The notes: a model not told the origin generated them from the sequence alone. A stretch of 64,000 nt of DNA from Minisyncoccota bacterium (GCA_035546615.1 DASZWM010000005.1:1-64000), one strand, 5' to 3'; shown: positions 9,192-18,771, counted from the stretch's first letter. A program made the numbers and translations.

Positions 9192-11328
9192 CGGGGTGAA
9201 AAGCACTCTTCTGCGCCATGGCATGAAAGCCGCGGCGCTTTTGGTCGTGACAGTGCTAGTATTTTCTCCGCTAACTGAGCTTTTCCAGTCTTCTACAGCA
9301 TACGCAGCCGTAGGTGGAAACGCGGGACAACAAGAGGCATCTCGAGCACGCAGTGCTTGCGAAAGCGCAAACGCAGCGAACCACACAAATAATGATTGTA
9401 CTAAAGCAGCTAATGATGCGGCAGCAGCAGTCACTAACGGCGATGGCGGCACGGTATTTAACGCTATCGCTTCCTTTCTTGCGTATCCAATCTACATTTT
9501 CACTGTCGGACTTGGGGGGTTCGCTGCTTCTGTAGGCGGGTATCTTTTTAACGTTTCCATTTACCTTTCGCTCAGCAGCAGCGCATATGGGCTTGACTTT
9601 GTAACTGACGGCTGGGGTGCGGCTCGCGACCTGGCAAACATGTTCTTCATCCTCATCCTCATCTACATCGCTGTTACCGTCATGCTTGAGGCGGAAACGG
9701 GCCACACTATGAACGCGCTGGTACGGGTGCTGTTTATCGCGCTTATCATCAACTTCAGCTTCTTCGCAACGCGCGTAGTTATTGATGCAGGCAACTTTAC
9801 GGCGACCCAATTCTACAATCAGATAAAGGCGGTGGATAAAAATGGGCAACCTGAGGTTATTTTCGGCAGGAATGTAAAGGACCTAAGTGCGAGCGTCATG
9901 GGAGCGGTCGGGGCGCAGGACCTGATAGGCTCAAAGTCATTCGACGACTTCTCGAAAAGAAGCGGCGGATTCGGGGAATTCATAGTGCTTGTGGTCATTT
10001 ACCTTTTTCTCGGCGCGGCGTATTTCGTGCTTGCCGCTACCTTCGTTGCTACAGCAATCAAATTTATCATGCGTATCGCGGTACTATGGCTCACCATCGT
10101 CGCCTCGCCCTTGGCGCTGGTTGCGTATACCGTACCGAGCTTCGAAGGGCAGTTCAAAAGGTGGCAGGAAACTCTCATAAGCCATGCCTTCTTTCCTGTA
10201 GTATTTCTTTTTATATTCTGGCTGATAAGCATTTTTGCCGGCGGCTTAAACCTTTCCGAGTCCTTTACCAGCTACTTAAAGGTGACCGATCCGAACAGCG
10301 CTGCGAATGTTGGCAACGTATTCGGCCTCGTCTCTCTGGTCGGAAGCATTTGCATTAAACTCGGCTTCCTCGTAGCGCTCTTATATCTGGGACTGCGGGC
10401 CGCCGACCAGGTGGGGATTATGGGCGCGCAATGGGCTAATACTATGGGAAACAAGCTTTCTTTCGGCACGATAGGCTTTGCCGGCAGGAATACTGTTGGA
10501 CGCCTCGGGCTTGGGCTTTCGCGCAATGAGGGACTCCGCGATTGGGCATCCAAGAGCGCGGTCGGAAGTGCAGCATTGCGCGGGGCAGGCTTGTTAAGCA
10601 GAGGAAGCTTCGACTTGCGAAGCCTGCCCGGCGCTGGCAAGCTTAAGGGCCAGATAGGGGAGGCGGGTGGCAAGGGCGGTATTGCAAAATGGGAAGAAGA
10701 GCGCGATAAGAAGCGCGAACATAGGATTGAGGAGCTCGGCAAAGCTATAAAGGGCGACATAAAGAATGAGCGCATTGAGCAGGAAAAGTTCATAGCGAAA
10801 TATGAGCGGGATCACGGCGCTGGAAGTTATCAAAAAGACGTAGAGGAAATCTCTAAGAAGATTAGCGGCAGGGAAAAAGAGGCTAAAGCTTTGCGAGAGC
10901 AGGCAAAAACCGCTCCAGAAGCTCTCAGAAACCAGCTTCATAAGGATGCAAAAGTAATTGATGAGGACGTAAAGAACATTAAAAAAGATCTGACGGAAAT
11001 GACAGAGGCTGGCAAGAGTACGGTAAAACATACTAACCACGAGCGTTCAGAAGTACTTGCGGCTCGATTGTCCAACAAATGGAATGCGTTCCTTACCACT
11101 CCCTCCAGAGGAACTCTCAAGGGCATCGCGCACCTGACACACCACGAAAGCAAAGAGGAGAAATTGGCGAAGGCCGCAAAAGACTTTGCGAAGGACGATG
11201 AAGGCGGTGGGCACACTCCTCCGGCAGCTACTCCTCCCCCCGTAACACCTGCGCCTGATTCCGCGCCCCCAAGCGGCCACGCTCCTAAACCTGATGCTCC
11301 AGCAGGTGAACACCGCGCAGACCACTAA
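9178..11328 (+). CDS. VirB6/TrbL-like polytopic membrane protein. It has at least 6 TM helices, a charged Lys/Glu-rich cytoplasmic segment and a Pro-rich tail.
   Basis: Signal-like N-terminus followed by multiple long hydrophobic helices (e.g. FFILILIYIAVTVML, VLFIALIINFSFF, FIVLVVIYLFLGAAYFVLAATFVA, VLWLTIVASPLALVAY). The KWEEERDKKREHRIEELGK charged block and its position in the cluster are typical of TrbL/VirB6-family topology. Start taken at the internal ATG 9178; the longest ORF starts at 9160. Confidence 0.5.
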   Translation: MRQASGVKSTLLRHGMKAAALLVVTVLVFSPLTELFQSSTAYAAVGGNAGQQEASRARSACESANAANHTNNDCTKAANDAAAAVTNGDGGTVFNAIASFLAYPIYIFTVGLGGFAASVGGYLFNVSIYLSLSSSAYGLDFVTDGWGAARDLANMFFILILIYIAVTVMLEAETGHTMNALVRVLFIALIINFSFFATRVVIDAGNFTATQFYNQIKAVDKNGQPEVIFGRNVKDLSASVMGAVGAQDLIGSKSFDDFSKRSGGFGEFIVLVVIYLFLGAAYFVLAATFVATAIKFIMRIAVLWLTIVASPLALVAYTVPSFEGQFKRWQETLISHAFFPVVFLFIFWLISIFAGGLNLSESFTSYLKVTDPNSAANVGNVFGLVSLVGSICIKLGFLVALLYLGLRAADQVGIMGAQWANTMGNKLSFGTIGFAGRNTVGRLGLGLSRNEGLRDWASKSAVGSAALRGAGLLSRGSFDLRSLPGAGKLKGQIGEAGGKGGIAKWEEERDKKREHRIEELGKAIKGDIKNERIEQEKFIAKYERDHGAGSYQKDVEEISKKISGREKEAKALREQAKTAPEALRNQLHKDAKVIDEDVKNIKKDLTEMTEAGKSTVKHTNHERSEVLAARLSNKWNAFLTTPSRGTLKGIAHLTHHESKEEKLAKAAKDFAKDDEGGGHTPPAATPPPVTPAPDSAPPSGHAPKPDAPAGEHRADH

Positions 11329-11349
11329 TAACGAGTTAAAATAGATTAT

Positions 11350-12060
11350 ATGCCGGAACAAGATACTGCAAAACAAATCGAGGAACGGATAGCTCAGCTC
11401 CCTGTCGACGTACAAGAAGCCGTACTAGCAAGCGACTTCGATGAAAAAGTACTTGCGATAGGAAAATCCCATAACCTCCACATAGACCAATCCCAACTCC
11501 TAGGCAACGAGATATATATGGTTATGCTCGGAATGAGCGATACGGCAGACTTTGTTAATTCTATAGAGAAAGAAGTGCGGGTATCTAAGGAAGAAGCAGA
11601 AAAAATCGCAACGGATGTGAACGCGAAGATATTGGCCCCTATACGCGAATCCTTAAAAAGAATGTACGAGCAGGAGGGAGAAGCTCCTGCACCGACGGTC
11701 CCCTCATCCATGCCTTCGACGAGCCAAAAGTCCGTGGTTATGCCCTCAAGTGTGGCCGCCGCGAAGGCTGCCGTGCCTCAGGCTCCGGCGATGGCTGTTC
11801 CTGCTAAGCCCATTCCTCCGGTTTCGGTGCCGGTTCCTGCCGCTCCCATGCCTGTCCCAGCCACGCCTGCAACTCCGATAACGTCTATGATGCCGAAACC
11901 TCCTGCCGCAACGCCCGATTTACGTTCTGCTGAGCGTGTACTTACCGAAAAGACGGTCCAGGTGCCGGTTCCAACCCCTCCCCAGGTAGCATCGAGCTCG
12001 ACAGTACCCGCAAAACCCGGCGCATATAAGGCCGATCCGTATCGCGAGCCGATAGAATAA
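11350..12060 (+). CDS. Hypothetical Pro-rich protein of the T4SS-like cluster.
   Basis: 236 aa. The N-terminal 100 aa are ordinary. The C-terminal half is a PxP-rich low-complexity region (PAKPIPPVSVPVPAAPMPVPATPATP). No TM segment. Confidence 0.45.
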   Translation: MPEQDTAKQIEERIAQLPVDVQEAVLASDFDEKVLAIGKSHNLHIDQSQLLGNEIYMVMLGMSDTADFVNSIEKEVRVSKEEAEKIATDVNAKILAPIRESLKRMYEQEGEAPAPTVPSSMPSTSQKSVVMPSSVAAAKAAVPQAPAMAVPAKPIPPVSVPVPAAPMPVPATPATPITSMMPKPPAATPDLRSAERVLTEKTVQVPVPTPPQVASSSTVPAKPGAYKADPYREPIE

Positions 12061-12141
12061 CCGCTAAAGGCCTCTTACAAGTGCACCCCGAGAGTACTTG
12101 GATTTTCTAAGGCACAGGAGTCCCAAGAAAATCTCGGCGCG

Positions 12142-12612
12142 ATGTTATACTGGATAGCGATGCGCTATCAGGTCCCTCAATTCATAGAAATAGAAGACAA
12201 GATATTCGGACCGCTTACCTTAAAGCAGTTCATCTATCTGGCCGGAGGCGGCGGCTTGTGCCTTATCTTCTTTTCGCTCTTGCCCCTCTACCTTACCTTC
12301 ATACTATCCATCCCGGTCATCGTATTCGCCGCCGCGCTTGCCTTCTACCAGGTAAACGGCCGGCCGTTCATCGTGGTGCTCGAGCACGCCTTCGGCTACA
12401 TGTTCGGCCATAAGCTCTACCTCTGGAAGCAGCGGGAGGCAAAGACTCAGGCCGCCGCCGCGGAAGCGGCCGCCGCAAATGCCGCGCCCGCGCTTGGCGT
12501 GCCAAAGCTCTCGGAGAGCAGGCTGAAGGACCTTGCATGGTCGCTCAATATAAAGGACCGGGCCAAGATGGGGGTTTCCGATACCGGCGCCCGGACAGGA
12601 TTCGAAATCTGA
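12142..12612 (+). CDS. VirB3/PrgI-like small 2-TM protein.
   Basis: 156 aa. Two adjacent TM helices (FIYLAGGGGLCLIFFSLLPLYLTFILSIPVIVFAAALAF). Lies immediately upstream of the VirB4 ATPase, as VirB3/PrgI does in known T4SS. Confidence 0.5.
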   Translation: MLYWIAMRYQVPQFIEIEDKIFGPLTLKQFIYLAGGGGLCLIFFSLLPLYLTFILSIPVIVFAAALAFYQVNGRPFIVVLEHAFGYMFGHKLYLWKQREAKTQAAAAEAAAANAAPALGVPKLSESRLKDLAWSLNIKDRAKMGVSDTGARTGFEI

Positions 12613-12613
12613 T

Positions 12614-13282
12614 ATGGCTGAAGCACAAGTAAAAGCGCAGGCGACCCAGGAATTCGTACCCATCAAGGAGGTGCGCGACGGCATCGTCATACTCAAGGAC
12701 GGCAGCCTCCGCTCGCTCCTTATGGCCTCCTCCATAAACCTGGCGCTTAAAAGCAATGACGAGCAGGAAGCGACCATCGGCCAGTTCCAGAACTTCCTCA
12801 ACTCGCTGGAGTTCTCCGTGCAATTCTTCATACAGAGCCGCGACTTGGACGTCCGGCCTTACATCGCCCTCCTTGAGGAGCGCTACGCGCTCGAGCTCGA
12901 CGACCTTATGAAGATTCAGATCCGCGAATACATCGCCTTCATCAAGGACTTTACCGAGCGCGCGAACATCATGACGAAGAACTTTTTCATCGTGGTGCCG
13001 TATGACCCGGCTATCATCTCCCGGGGCGGCGGGGCGGCGATGATAGGGAACCTATTCCCGACCGGAGGGGGCGCGTCCGCGGCGGCGCTTACCGACGCGC
13101 AGTTCGAGCAGTACCGCACCCAGCTGGAGCAGCGCATCAGCGTTATAGAGCAGGGGCTCGTGCGCACCGGCGTGCGCGTCGTAAAGCTCGGGACCGAGGA
13201 GGTAATAGAGCTCTTCTACAAGCTCTTCAACCCCGGCGAGCTCGAAAAGCCTTTACAGGTAACGCAAATTGCCAAGGCATAA
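12614..13282 (+). CDS. N-terminal segment of a VirB4/TrbE-family ATPase, encoded as a separate ORF (222 aa).
   Basis: FVPIKEVRDGIVILKDGSLRSLLMASSINLALKSNDEQ matches the characteristic start of the VirB4 N-terminal domain (…YLPYIGHLSDHIVLLEDGSIMSIARIDGVAFELEE in A. tumefaciens VirB4). The stop is at 13280-13282, 7 nt before the ATG of the ATPase body, in a different frame. Confidence 0.6.
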   Translation: MAEAQVKAQATQEFVPIKEVRDGIVILKDGSLRSLLMASSINLALKSNDEQEATIGQFQNFLNSLEFSVQFFIQSRDLDVRPYIALLEERYALELDDLMKIQIREYIAFIKDFTERANIMTKNFFIVVPYDPAIISRGGGAAMIGNLFPTGGGASAAALTDAQFEQYRTQLEQRISVIEQGLVRTGVRVVKLGTEEVIELFYKLFNPGELEKPLQVTQIAKA

Positions 13283-13289
13283 TATACGT

Positions 13290-15107
13290 ATGGCATTCCT
13301 CGACTTCTTAAAATCAAAACCCAGCAACGTCTCGGCTCCGATGGCGCCCATACTTCCGGAAGCCATCTACAAGCAGGGAATACTCGAGCTCCAGGACGTC
13401 ATCGCCCCTTCGGCACTGAAGATAACGCCGCGCGAAATAAACCTCGGCGACAAGATAGCGCGCACGTTCTTCGTGATGTCCTACCCGCGCGTCCTCACCG
13501 ACTCGTGGTTCGCGCCGGTCATCAACCTCGACCGCGTGCTCGACGTTTCCATATTCATACACCCCATAGACTCCGCCGACATCCTTAAAAAGTTCCAAAA
13601 GAAGGTGGCCGAGGTACAAAGCCAGATAATGACCCGCGAGCAGAAGGGGATGGTGCGCGACCCGATGCTCGACACCGCCTACCGCGACCTTGAGGACCTG
13701 CGCGACCAGCTCCAGCAGGCGCAGGAGCGCATTTTTGACGTAGGCGTCTACATCACCATCTACGGCAAGACCGTGGAGGAACTCGATAAGACCGAAAGCG
13801 AAATAAAGTCCATGCTCGAATCGCGCCTCGTATACGTGAAGCCGGCGCTCTTCCAGCAGGAACAGGGCTTCAAGTCGGTGCTGCCGCTGGGTCATGACGT
13901 GCTCGGCGTGAACTCCAAGCTCAACTCTTCTCCCTTATCGTCCATCTTCCCGTTCGTGTCGTTCGACCTCACGTCCGACCGCGGCATACTCTACGGCGTT
14001 AACCGCCACAACGCCTCGCTCGTGCTGTTTGACCGCTTCTCTCTTGAGAACTACAACTCCGTTATCTTCGCGAAGTCCGGCTCCGGCAAGTCGTACGCCA
14101 CCAAGCTCGAAATATTGCGTACCCTCATGTTCGATACCGAGGTCATCGTCATCGACCCGGAACGCGAATATGAATTCCTCTCGCAAGCGGTCGGCGGGCG
14201 CTACTTCAACATCTCTCTTAACTCCGAGCACCACATCAACCCGTTCGACCTGGCCCCGCCCAGGGAAGACGAGTCACCGGCCGATATTCTGCGCTCCAAC
14301 ATCGTAGCGCTTGTGGGCATGTTCCGCATCATGCTCGGCGGCCTCAGCCCCGAGGAGGACGCCATTATGGACAAGGCGATAACGGAGACGTACGCGCTCA
14401 AGGATATTACGGTTGACTCCGACTTCAGCCAGATAGAGCCGCCGCTTCTGTCGGACTTCGAGCTGGTACTCGCCGGGATGGAGGGCTCTGAGTCGCTCGT
14501 ACAGCGCCTGTCCAAGTACACCAAGGGCACGTGGTCAGGATTCATCAACCAGGCGACCAACGTGGACATCAACAAGAAGTTCGTCGTGTTCTCCGTGCGC
14601 GACATGGAAGACGACCTCAAGCCTGTTGCAATGTACCTCATTACGCACTACATCTGGAACGCGGTGCGCAAGAATCTCAAGAAGCGCCTGCTCGTCATCG
14701 ACGAGGCATGGTGGATGATGAAGTCGGAGGATACCGCGAGCTTTCTGTACTCCATGGCGAAGCGCGGCCGAAAATATTACCTGGGCCTTGCAACCATTAC
14801 GCAGGACGTGGACGACTTCCTGAAGTCTCCGTACGGGCTGCCTATGATAACCAACTCCTCGCTTCAGCTGCTTCTCAAGCAATCGCCCACGACCATCGAC
14901 AACCTGCAGAAGACCTTCAACCTATCCGACGAGGAGAAATTCCTGCTGCTGGAGTCCGATGTAGGGGAGGGAATATTCTTCGCCGGCATGAAGCACGTAG
15001 CCATCAAAGTCATCGCTTCCTATACAGAAGACCAGATAATCACTTCCGACCCGAGCCAGGTGCTTGCCTTGCGCAAGCAGAAGGCCGACGCCCAATCACA
15101 GACATGA
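13290..15107 (+). CDS. virB4: VirB4/TraC/TrbE-family T4SS ATPase (central and C-terminal ATPase domains).
   Basis: Walker A FAKSGSGKSY, Walker B LLVIDEAWWMM and the TITQDVDDF motif. The N-terminal part (REINLGDKIARTFFVMSYPRVLTDSWFAPVINLDRVLDVSIFIHP) aligns with the VirB4 middle domain. Start taken at ATG 13290; the ORF track starts at TTG 13269. Confidence 0.85.
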   Translation: MAFLDFLKSKPSNVSAPMAPILPEAIYKQGILELQDVIAPSALKITPREINLGDKIARTFFVMSYPRVLTDSWFAPVINLDRVLDVSIFIHPIDSADILKKFQKKVAEVQSQIMTREQKGMVRDPMLDTAYRDLEDLRDQLQQAQERIFDVGVYITIYGKTVEELDKTESEIKSMLESRLVYVKPALFQQEQGFKSVLPLGHDVLGVNSKLNSSPLSSIFPFVSFDLTSDRGILYGVNRHNASLVLFDRFSLENYNSVIFAKSGSGKSYATKLEILRTLMFDTEVIVIDPEREYEFLSQAVGGRYFNISLNSEHHINPFDLAPPREDESPADILRSNIVALVGMFRIMLGGLSPEEDAIMDKAITETYALKDITVDSDFSQIEPPLLSDFELVLAGMEGSESLVQRLSKYTKGTWSGFINQATNVDINKKFVVFSVRDMEDDLKPVAMYLITHYIWNAVRKNLKKRLLVIDEAWWMMKSEDTASFLYSMAKRGRKYYLGLATITQDVDDFLKSPYGLPMITNSSLQLLLKQSPTTIDNLQKTFNLSDEEKFLLLESDVGEGIFFAGMKHVAIKVIASYTEDQIITSDPSQVLALRKQKADAQSQT

Positions 15108-16882
15108 TCCGGGGAATGCTGCTTATAACGCTGGCGCTTTTCATAGACATGCTACAGGCGGGCATTTCGCTTGCCATTGCATTGCTTGCGGCAGTGCCCG
15201 GCACGGCGATAGGCGCGGCGGGGGGGGCGGTGGCGGGCGCGTCGCTGTGCAGCTACGTTGGGCTGGGCGCGATCTCAGGATGGTGCTCGGCGATAGGGGG
15301 GTTTGCGGTCGGCTTCTTCGCCACGCCGCTCAACGCCTTGGCTGTTGTCACGGAGCCTGTCGGCATAGCCGTAGGGTTCGCCATAAACATGTGCCTCAGC
15401 ATCTGCCTCGGCGCCTTCCTGCTCATGCTCATGGCTTTTTTCCTTAAGAAGATATATGTAAAAAATCTCTTCTTCGGACTCGGAGAAATGATACCGGGCA
15501 TAAACAATATCCCGTTCTGGACCGCATTCGTCGTGGTATCCTTGCTTAAAAAGAGCGCGGAGGACGGCACGGGCGCGCTCTCGGGCATGGCGGCCGTAGC
15601 CACGACGGCCATGTCGCCCGGAAGCGCATTGGGCAACGCAGCCGGCGGAATTATGAGAGCAAAAGAAAAGACAACTGAGATAGCGGATCGGACAAAAGCT
15701 TTTTCGAGCCCGCTCATGCTCCAGCCGCTTAAAGGCTACAAACAACAGCAGGACAACTTGGGAGACCATCTGAATCAGGAGCAAATAAATCCCGGTAGTA
15801 CGCCCCGGGAAAGTGCATCCGCACAGGCGGCACGCAATATTTTCAATGATATCCGGCCTATCCGGAAAGCGGCGGCTGTTCTTCTCGCTTTTGCACTTTT
15901 CGGCGCAGGCGTGCAGGCGGCATACGCGCAGGCAGTAGACCCCTTGCGATTCGTTATCACGCCTGAAATCCCCACCCCGGGAGCGCAGGTAGCCATAGAA
16001 GCACAGGGCGTCGGGAACTTCCTCGGCGACGCGACCTTCACCTGGCAGCAGGACGGTAAGACCGTATTGACCGGAATGGGTGAGCGCAGGCTTACTTTCA
16101 CTGTAGGGAATGTCGGCGCCGCGACCCGCATACACGTGACAATTCAGTCTCCGACCAACGGTACGATAGACCGCGACTTCACGCTGGTGCCGAGCGTTGT
16201 GCATCTTTTGTGGGAGGCGGACACGTCCGTTCCGCCTCTCTATCGCGGTAAGGCGCTCTACAGCGCCGGCTCGACGTTCAGGGTGATAGCGCTGCCGCAG
16301 GTAGTCGCGGGCGGAGCAACCATCACTTACAACAACCTTTCATTCCAGTGGAGCCTCAACGGCGAGCCGGCGGTGAATCAATCGGGGAAGGGGCGCTCAT
16401 CGGCGGCATTCCAAGGAAGCCAACTGCGTGCCTCGGAAAACGTCAGCGTCGATGTGTATCTTGGAGCCCAGGCCGTGGGCCGTGCGAGCATTACTATCCC
16501 GGCAGTGGACCCGGAGCTGTCGCTCTATATACAGGACCCTCTGCGCGGCACGCTGTATGATCAGGCGATGCCCGCTACTATCTCTCTTCTGAATACAGAA
16601 GTGACCCTCAAGGCAGAGCCGTTCTATTTTTCAAACGACAGCATCAGAAACGGAGCCGCTGCGTATACTTGGACCTTAAATGGAACACCTGCTACCGGCC
16701 CTGATTCGGCGCGGGGCATATTGACATTGCGTCAGACCGGAAACGGCGGCGGGGAAGGGCGGCTCGGAGTAGAGCTTCAGAATACCGACCCGACCAGGTT
16801 CGTGCAGGCGGCCCGCGCTGCGCTGCGAATCCTCTTTAACGGTACGGCAAATTCCAATACCACATCGTCATTCGGCGTATGA
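15104..16882 (+). CDS. Polytopic membrane protein with a large C-terminal extracytoplasmic beta-rich domain (T4SS-like cluster, function unknown).
   Basis: ATG at 15104 overlaps the VirB4 stop (ATGA). The ORF-track start at 14531 is out-of-frame read-through of virB4. It has 4-5 N-terminal TM helices and an additional hydrophobic segment AAAVLLAFALFGAGVQAAYA. This is followed by a Thr/Ser/Gly-rich region of about 330 aa with beta-strand character. Confidence 0.55.
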   Translation: MIRGMLLITLALFIDMLQAGISLAIALLAAVPGTAIGAAGGAVAGASLCSYVGLGAISGWCSAIGGFAVGFFATPLNALAVVTEPVGIAVGFAINMCLSICLGAFLLMLMAFFLKKIYVKNLFFGLGEMIPGINNIPFWTAFVVVSLLKKSAEDGTGALSGMAAVATTAMSPGSALGNAAGGIMRAKEKTTEIADRTKAFSSPLMLQPLKGYKQQQDNLGDHLNQEQINPGSTPRESASAQAARNIFNDIRPIRKAAAVLLAFALFGAGVQAAYAQAVDPLRFVITPEIPTPGAQVAIEAQGVGNFLGDATFTWQQDGKTVLTGMGERRLTFTVGNVGAATRIHVTIQSPTNGTIDRDFTLVPSVVHLLWEADTSVPPLYRGKALYSAGSTFRVIALPQVVAGGATITYNNLSFQWSLNGEPAVNQSGKGRSSAAFQGSQLRASENVSVDVYLGAQAVGRASITIPAVDPELSLYIQDPLRGTLYDQAMPATISLLNTEVTLKAEPFYFSNDSIRNGAAAYTWTLNGTPATGPDSARGILTLRQTGNGGGEGRLGVELQNTDPTRFVQAARAALRILFNGTANSNTTSSFGV

Positions 16883-17529
16883 AAAAGACCTTCTATCTCT
16901 ACATATCGCTCATAGGGTTTGTGCTGGCGCTTTCGTTTGCCGGGAGCGTTTTGGCGCAGAACAAGCCGGGGTTTTCGTGTACGGGTCCCGGCGGTACAAA
17001 CTGCCAGTATGTTCCGCTCGAACCGCTATCAAACATGGACGAAGGCGGCAACACGACCATGGCGACGTTCATCAACTCGCTCTTCAAGATACTATTCTCC
17101 CTCAGCGCGCTTTTTGCCGTAGCGATGCTTACGATGGGAGGGATTGAATACATGATTTCGGACGTGGCGGAGCGCAAGAACGAAGGTATACGGCGTGCGA
17201 CGGCAGCCCTGTACGGCATTCTGATACTCGCCGGTTCGTATCTACTCCTGTATACGATAAATCCGCAGCTGCTGAACTTTGATCTTACATTCAAGCAGAT
17301 AGGGAGCACGGGAGCAGGGGCGCAAACAGGACAATCCGGGGTCGGGAATGCTCCTCAATCTGAGACTGAAATCACAGGACCTCAAGGAGGAGTAATATAC
17401 GATTCCGACTCGCTTTCTGTTCAGGCCAAGGCGCTCAATCAAATCAACACGTACTGCAAGGGAAAGGTCGAAAAGACCCGAGGAACAGACTCGATTGGTG
17501 ATTATACAGAGTACTCATGCGTAAAATAA
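16879..17529 (+). CDS. Pilin-like protein (VirB2/TrbC-like topology): signal peptide plus two central TM helices.
   Basis: ATGA overlap with the upstream gene. MKKTFYLYISLIGFVLALSFAGSVLAQ is a signal peptide. The mature protein has two hydrophobic helices (LFKILFSLSALFAVAMLTMGG; AALYGILILAGSYLLLYTI) separated by a short charged loop, as in T4SS pilins. The functional call is topology-based only. Confidence 0.35.
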   Translation: MKKTFYLYISLIGFVLALSFAGSVLAQNKPGFSCTGPGGTNCQYVPLEPLSNMDEGGNTTMATFINSLFKILFSLSALFAVAMLTMGGIEYMISDVAERKNEGIRRATAALYGILILAGSYLLLYTINPQLLNFDLTFKQIGSTGAGAQTGQSGVGNAPQSETEITGPQGGVIYDSDSLSVQAKALNQINTYCKGKVEKTRGTDSIGDYTEYSCVK

Positions 17530-17541
17530 ACGAAAGATTGT

Positions 17542-18771
17542 ATGGATAATCAAAGAGCAATATACACACTATCCGGAGTGGTCGGAGTCCTGATATTTGC
17601 CCTTGCAGGATGGTTTTTCCTTATCCGATCTCCTTCAAATTCAAATGTGCAGATTAATTCCGGGTTTGGAATAGGTGACAGCAGGACGGTTGCCGTACCC
17701 GCACAGAGTGGCTCAGATACCGACAATCAGACGGTTACCACTGCGCCGCAGCAGGCCGCGCAGAAGATATTCAAAATTTCTGACGGGCCGGTAACCACCG
17801 CAACACTCGTGCAGACTTCGTACCCGACGACGACCATGGCGCGATTCGTGCTGCAGGAGAATGGGCACGCATTTGACCTCGTTCTCGACAGCGCCGGCGC
17901 CATACCACGCGCGCTTTCCAACACCACTATCCCGGGCGCCATGCGCGGCATATGGGCGGATGGCGGCTGGTCGGCGATACTTCAGTACTTGGACGCAGGT
18001 GTCGTTAAAAGCGTGTTTCTCGGCTTTCCGGCTGCCACGACTACCGGCTCGGCGCCGGTGCGGATAAAATTCCTCCCGGACAATATAGGCGATGTCGCGG
18101 CATCGCCCAGCGGGAAGAATATCGTGTATATCGTACCAAATGCCGCCGGCTCGGACGCATATCTTACGAAGCCCGACGGCACGGACGGCAAAAAGCTGTT
18201 CTCGCTCCCCATGAAAGAGCTTCTGATATCCTGGCCCGCAGCAAATACGCAGCTGCTATGGACCAAGAGCGACAGCGGCGTTGCCGGAGCGGCATTTTCT
18301 GTAAATGCTTCTACCGGCGGGGTAGTGCCGCTGCTGTACGCGCCGGGCCTAACCGTAAATGCCGACCGCTTGTTTGTGCATGTTGTATATCAGAACACTA
18401 CAGTAAGTGGCGCGTCTTCATTTGTACATGATATGGGAACAGGAAATGATACAGCTATATCGTTTGATCCGATTCCTGAGAAATGCATCTGGAGCAATAT
18501 CGCTACTACTACTATGTACTGCGCGGTACCGCTTGCATACGCGTCTACAAACTACCTCGACTTATGGCATCAAGGCGCTGCATCTATGGAAGATTCCATC
18601 CTTTCCTTTAACGTAGAGAGTGGGACTAGCAATGTCGTTACAGTTCCAGGAGGAGAGGAAGGCGGAGTGGCTACAGACATCGCGGAGATGGCCGTGTCGC
18701 AGGATGACCGCTACCTGGTATTCATCAAAAAAGGCGACCGCTCCCTGTGGGGCGTTCGCCTGACGCAGTAG
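17542..18771 (+). CDS. Membrane-anchored extracytoplasmic protein, possibly beta-propeller (TolB/PD40-like repeats). Last gene of the T4SS-like cluster.
   Basis: N-terminal TM LSGVVGVLIFALAGWFFLI. Repeats resembling PD40 signatures (KPDGTDGKKLF; SQDDRYLVFIKKGDRSLWGV). 409 aa. Confidence 0.5.
   Translation: MDNQRAIYTLSGVVGVLIFALAGWFFLIRSPSNSNVQINSGFGIGDSRTVAVPAQSGSDTDNQTVTTAPQQAAQKIFKISDGPVTTATLVQTSYPTTTMARFVLQENGHAFDLVLDSAGAIPRALSNTTIPGAMRGIWADGGWSAILQYLDAGVVKSVFLGFPAATTTGSAPVRIKFLPDNIGDVAASPSGKNIVYIVPNAAGSDAYLTKPDGTDGKKLFSLPMKELLISWPAANTQLLWTKSDSGVAGAAFSVNASTGGVVPLLYAPGLTVNADRLFVHVVYQNTTVSGASSFVHDMGTGNDTAISFDPIPEKCIWSNIATTTMYCAVPLAYASTNYLDLWHQGAASMEDSILSFNVESGTSNVVTVPGGEEGGVATDIAEMAVSQDDRYLVFIKKGDRSLWGVRLTQ

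Noticed and set aside
14531-15103. N-terminal 191 aa of the tracked 783-aa ORF.
   Set aside because: It is out-of-frame read-through of the virB4 coding region, with Arg/His-rich sequence. The real gene starts at ATG 15104 with an ATGA overlap.
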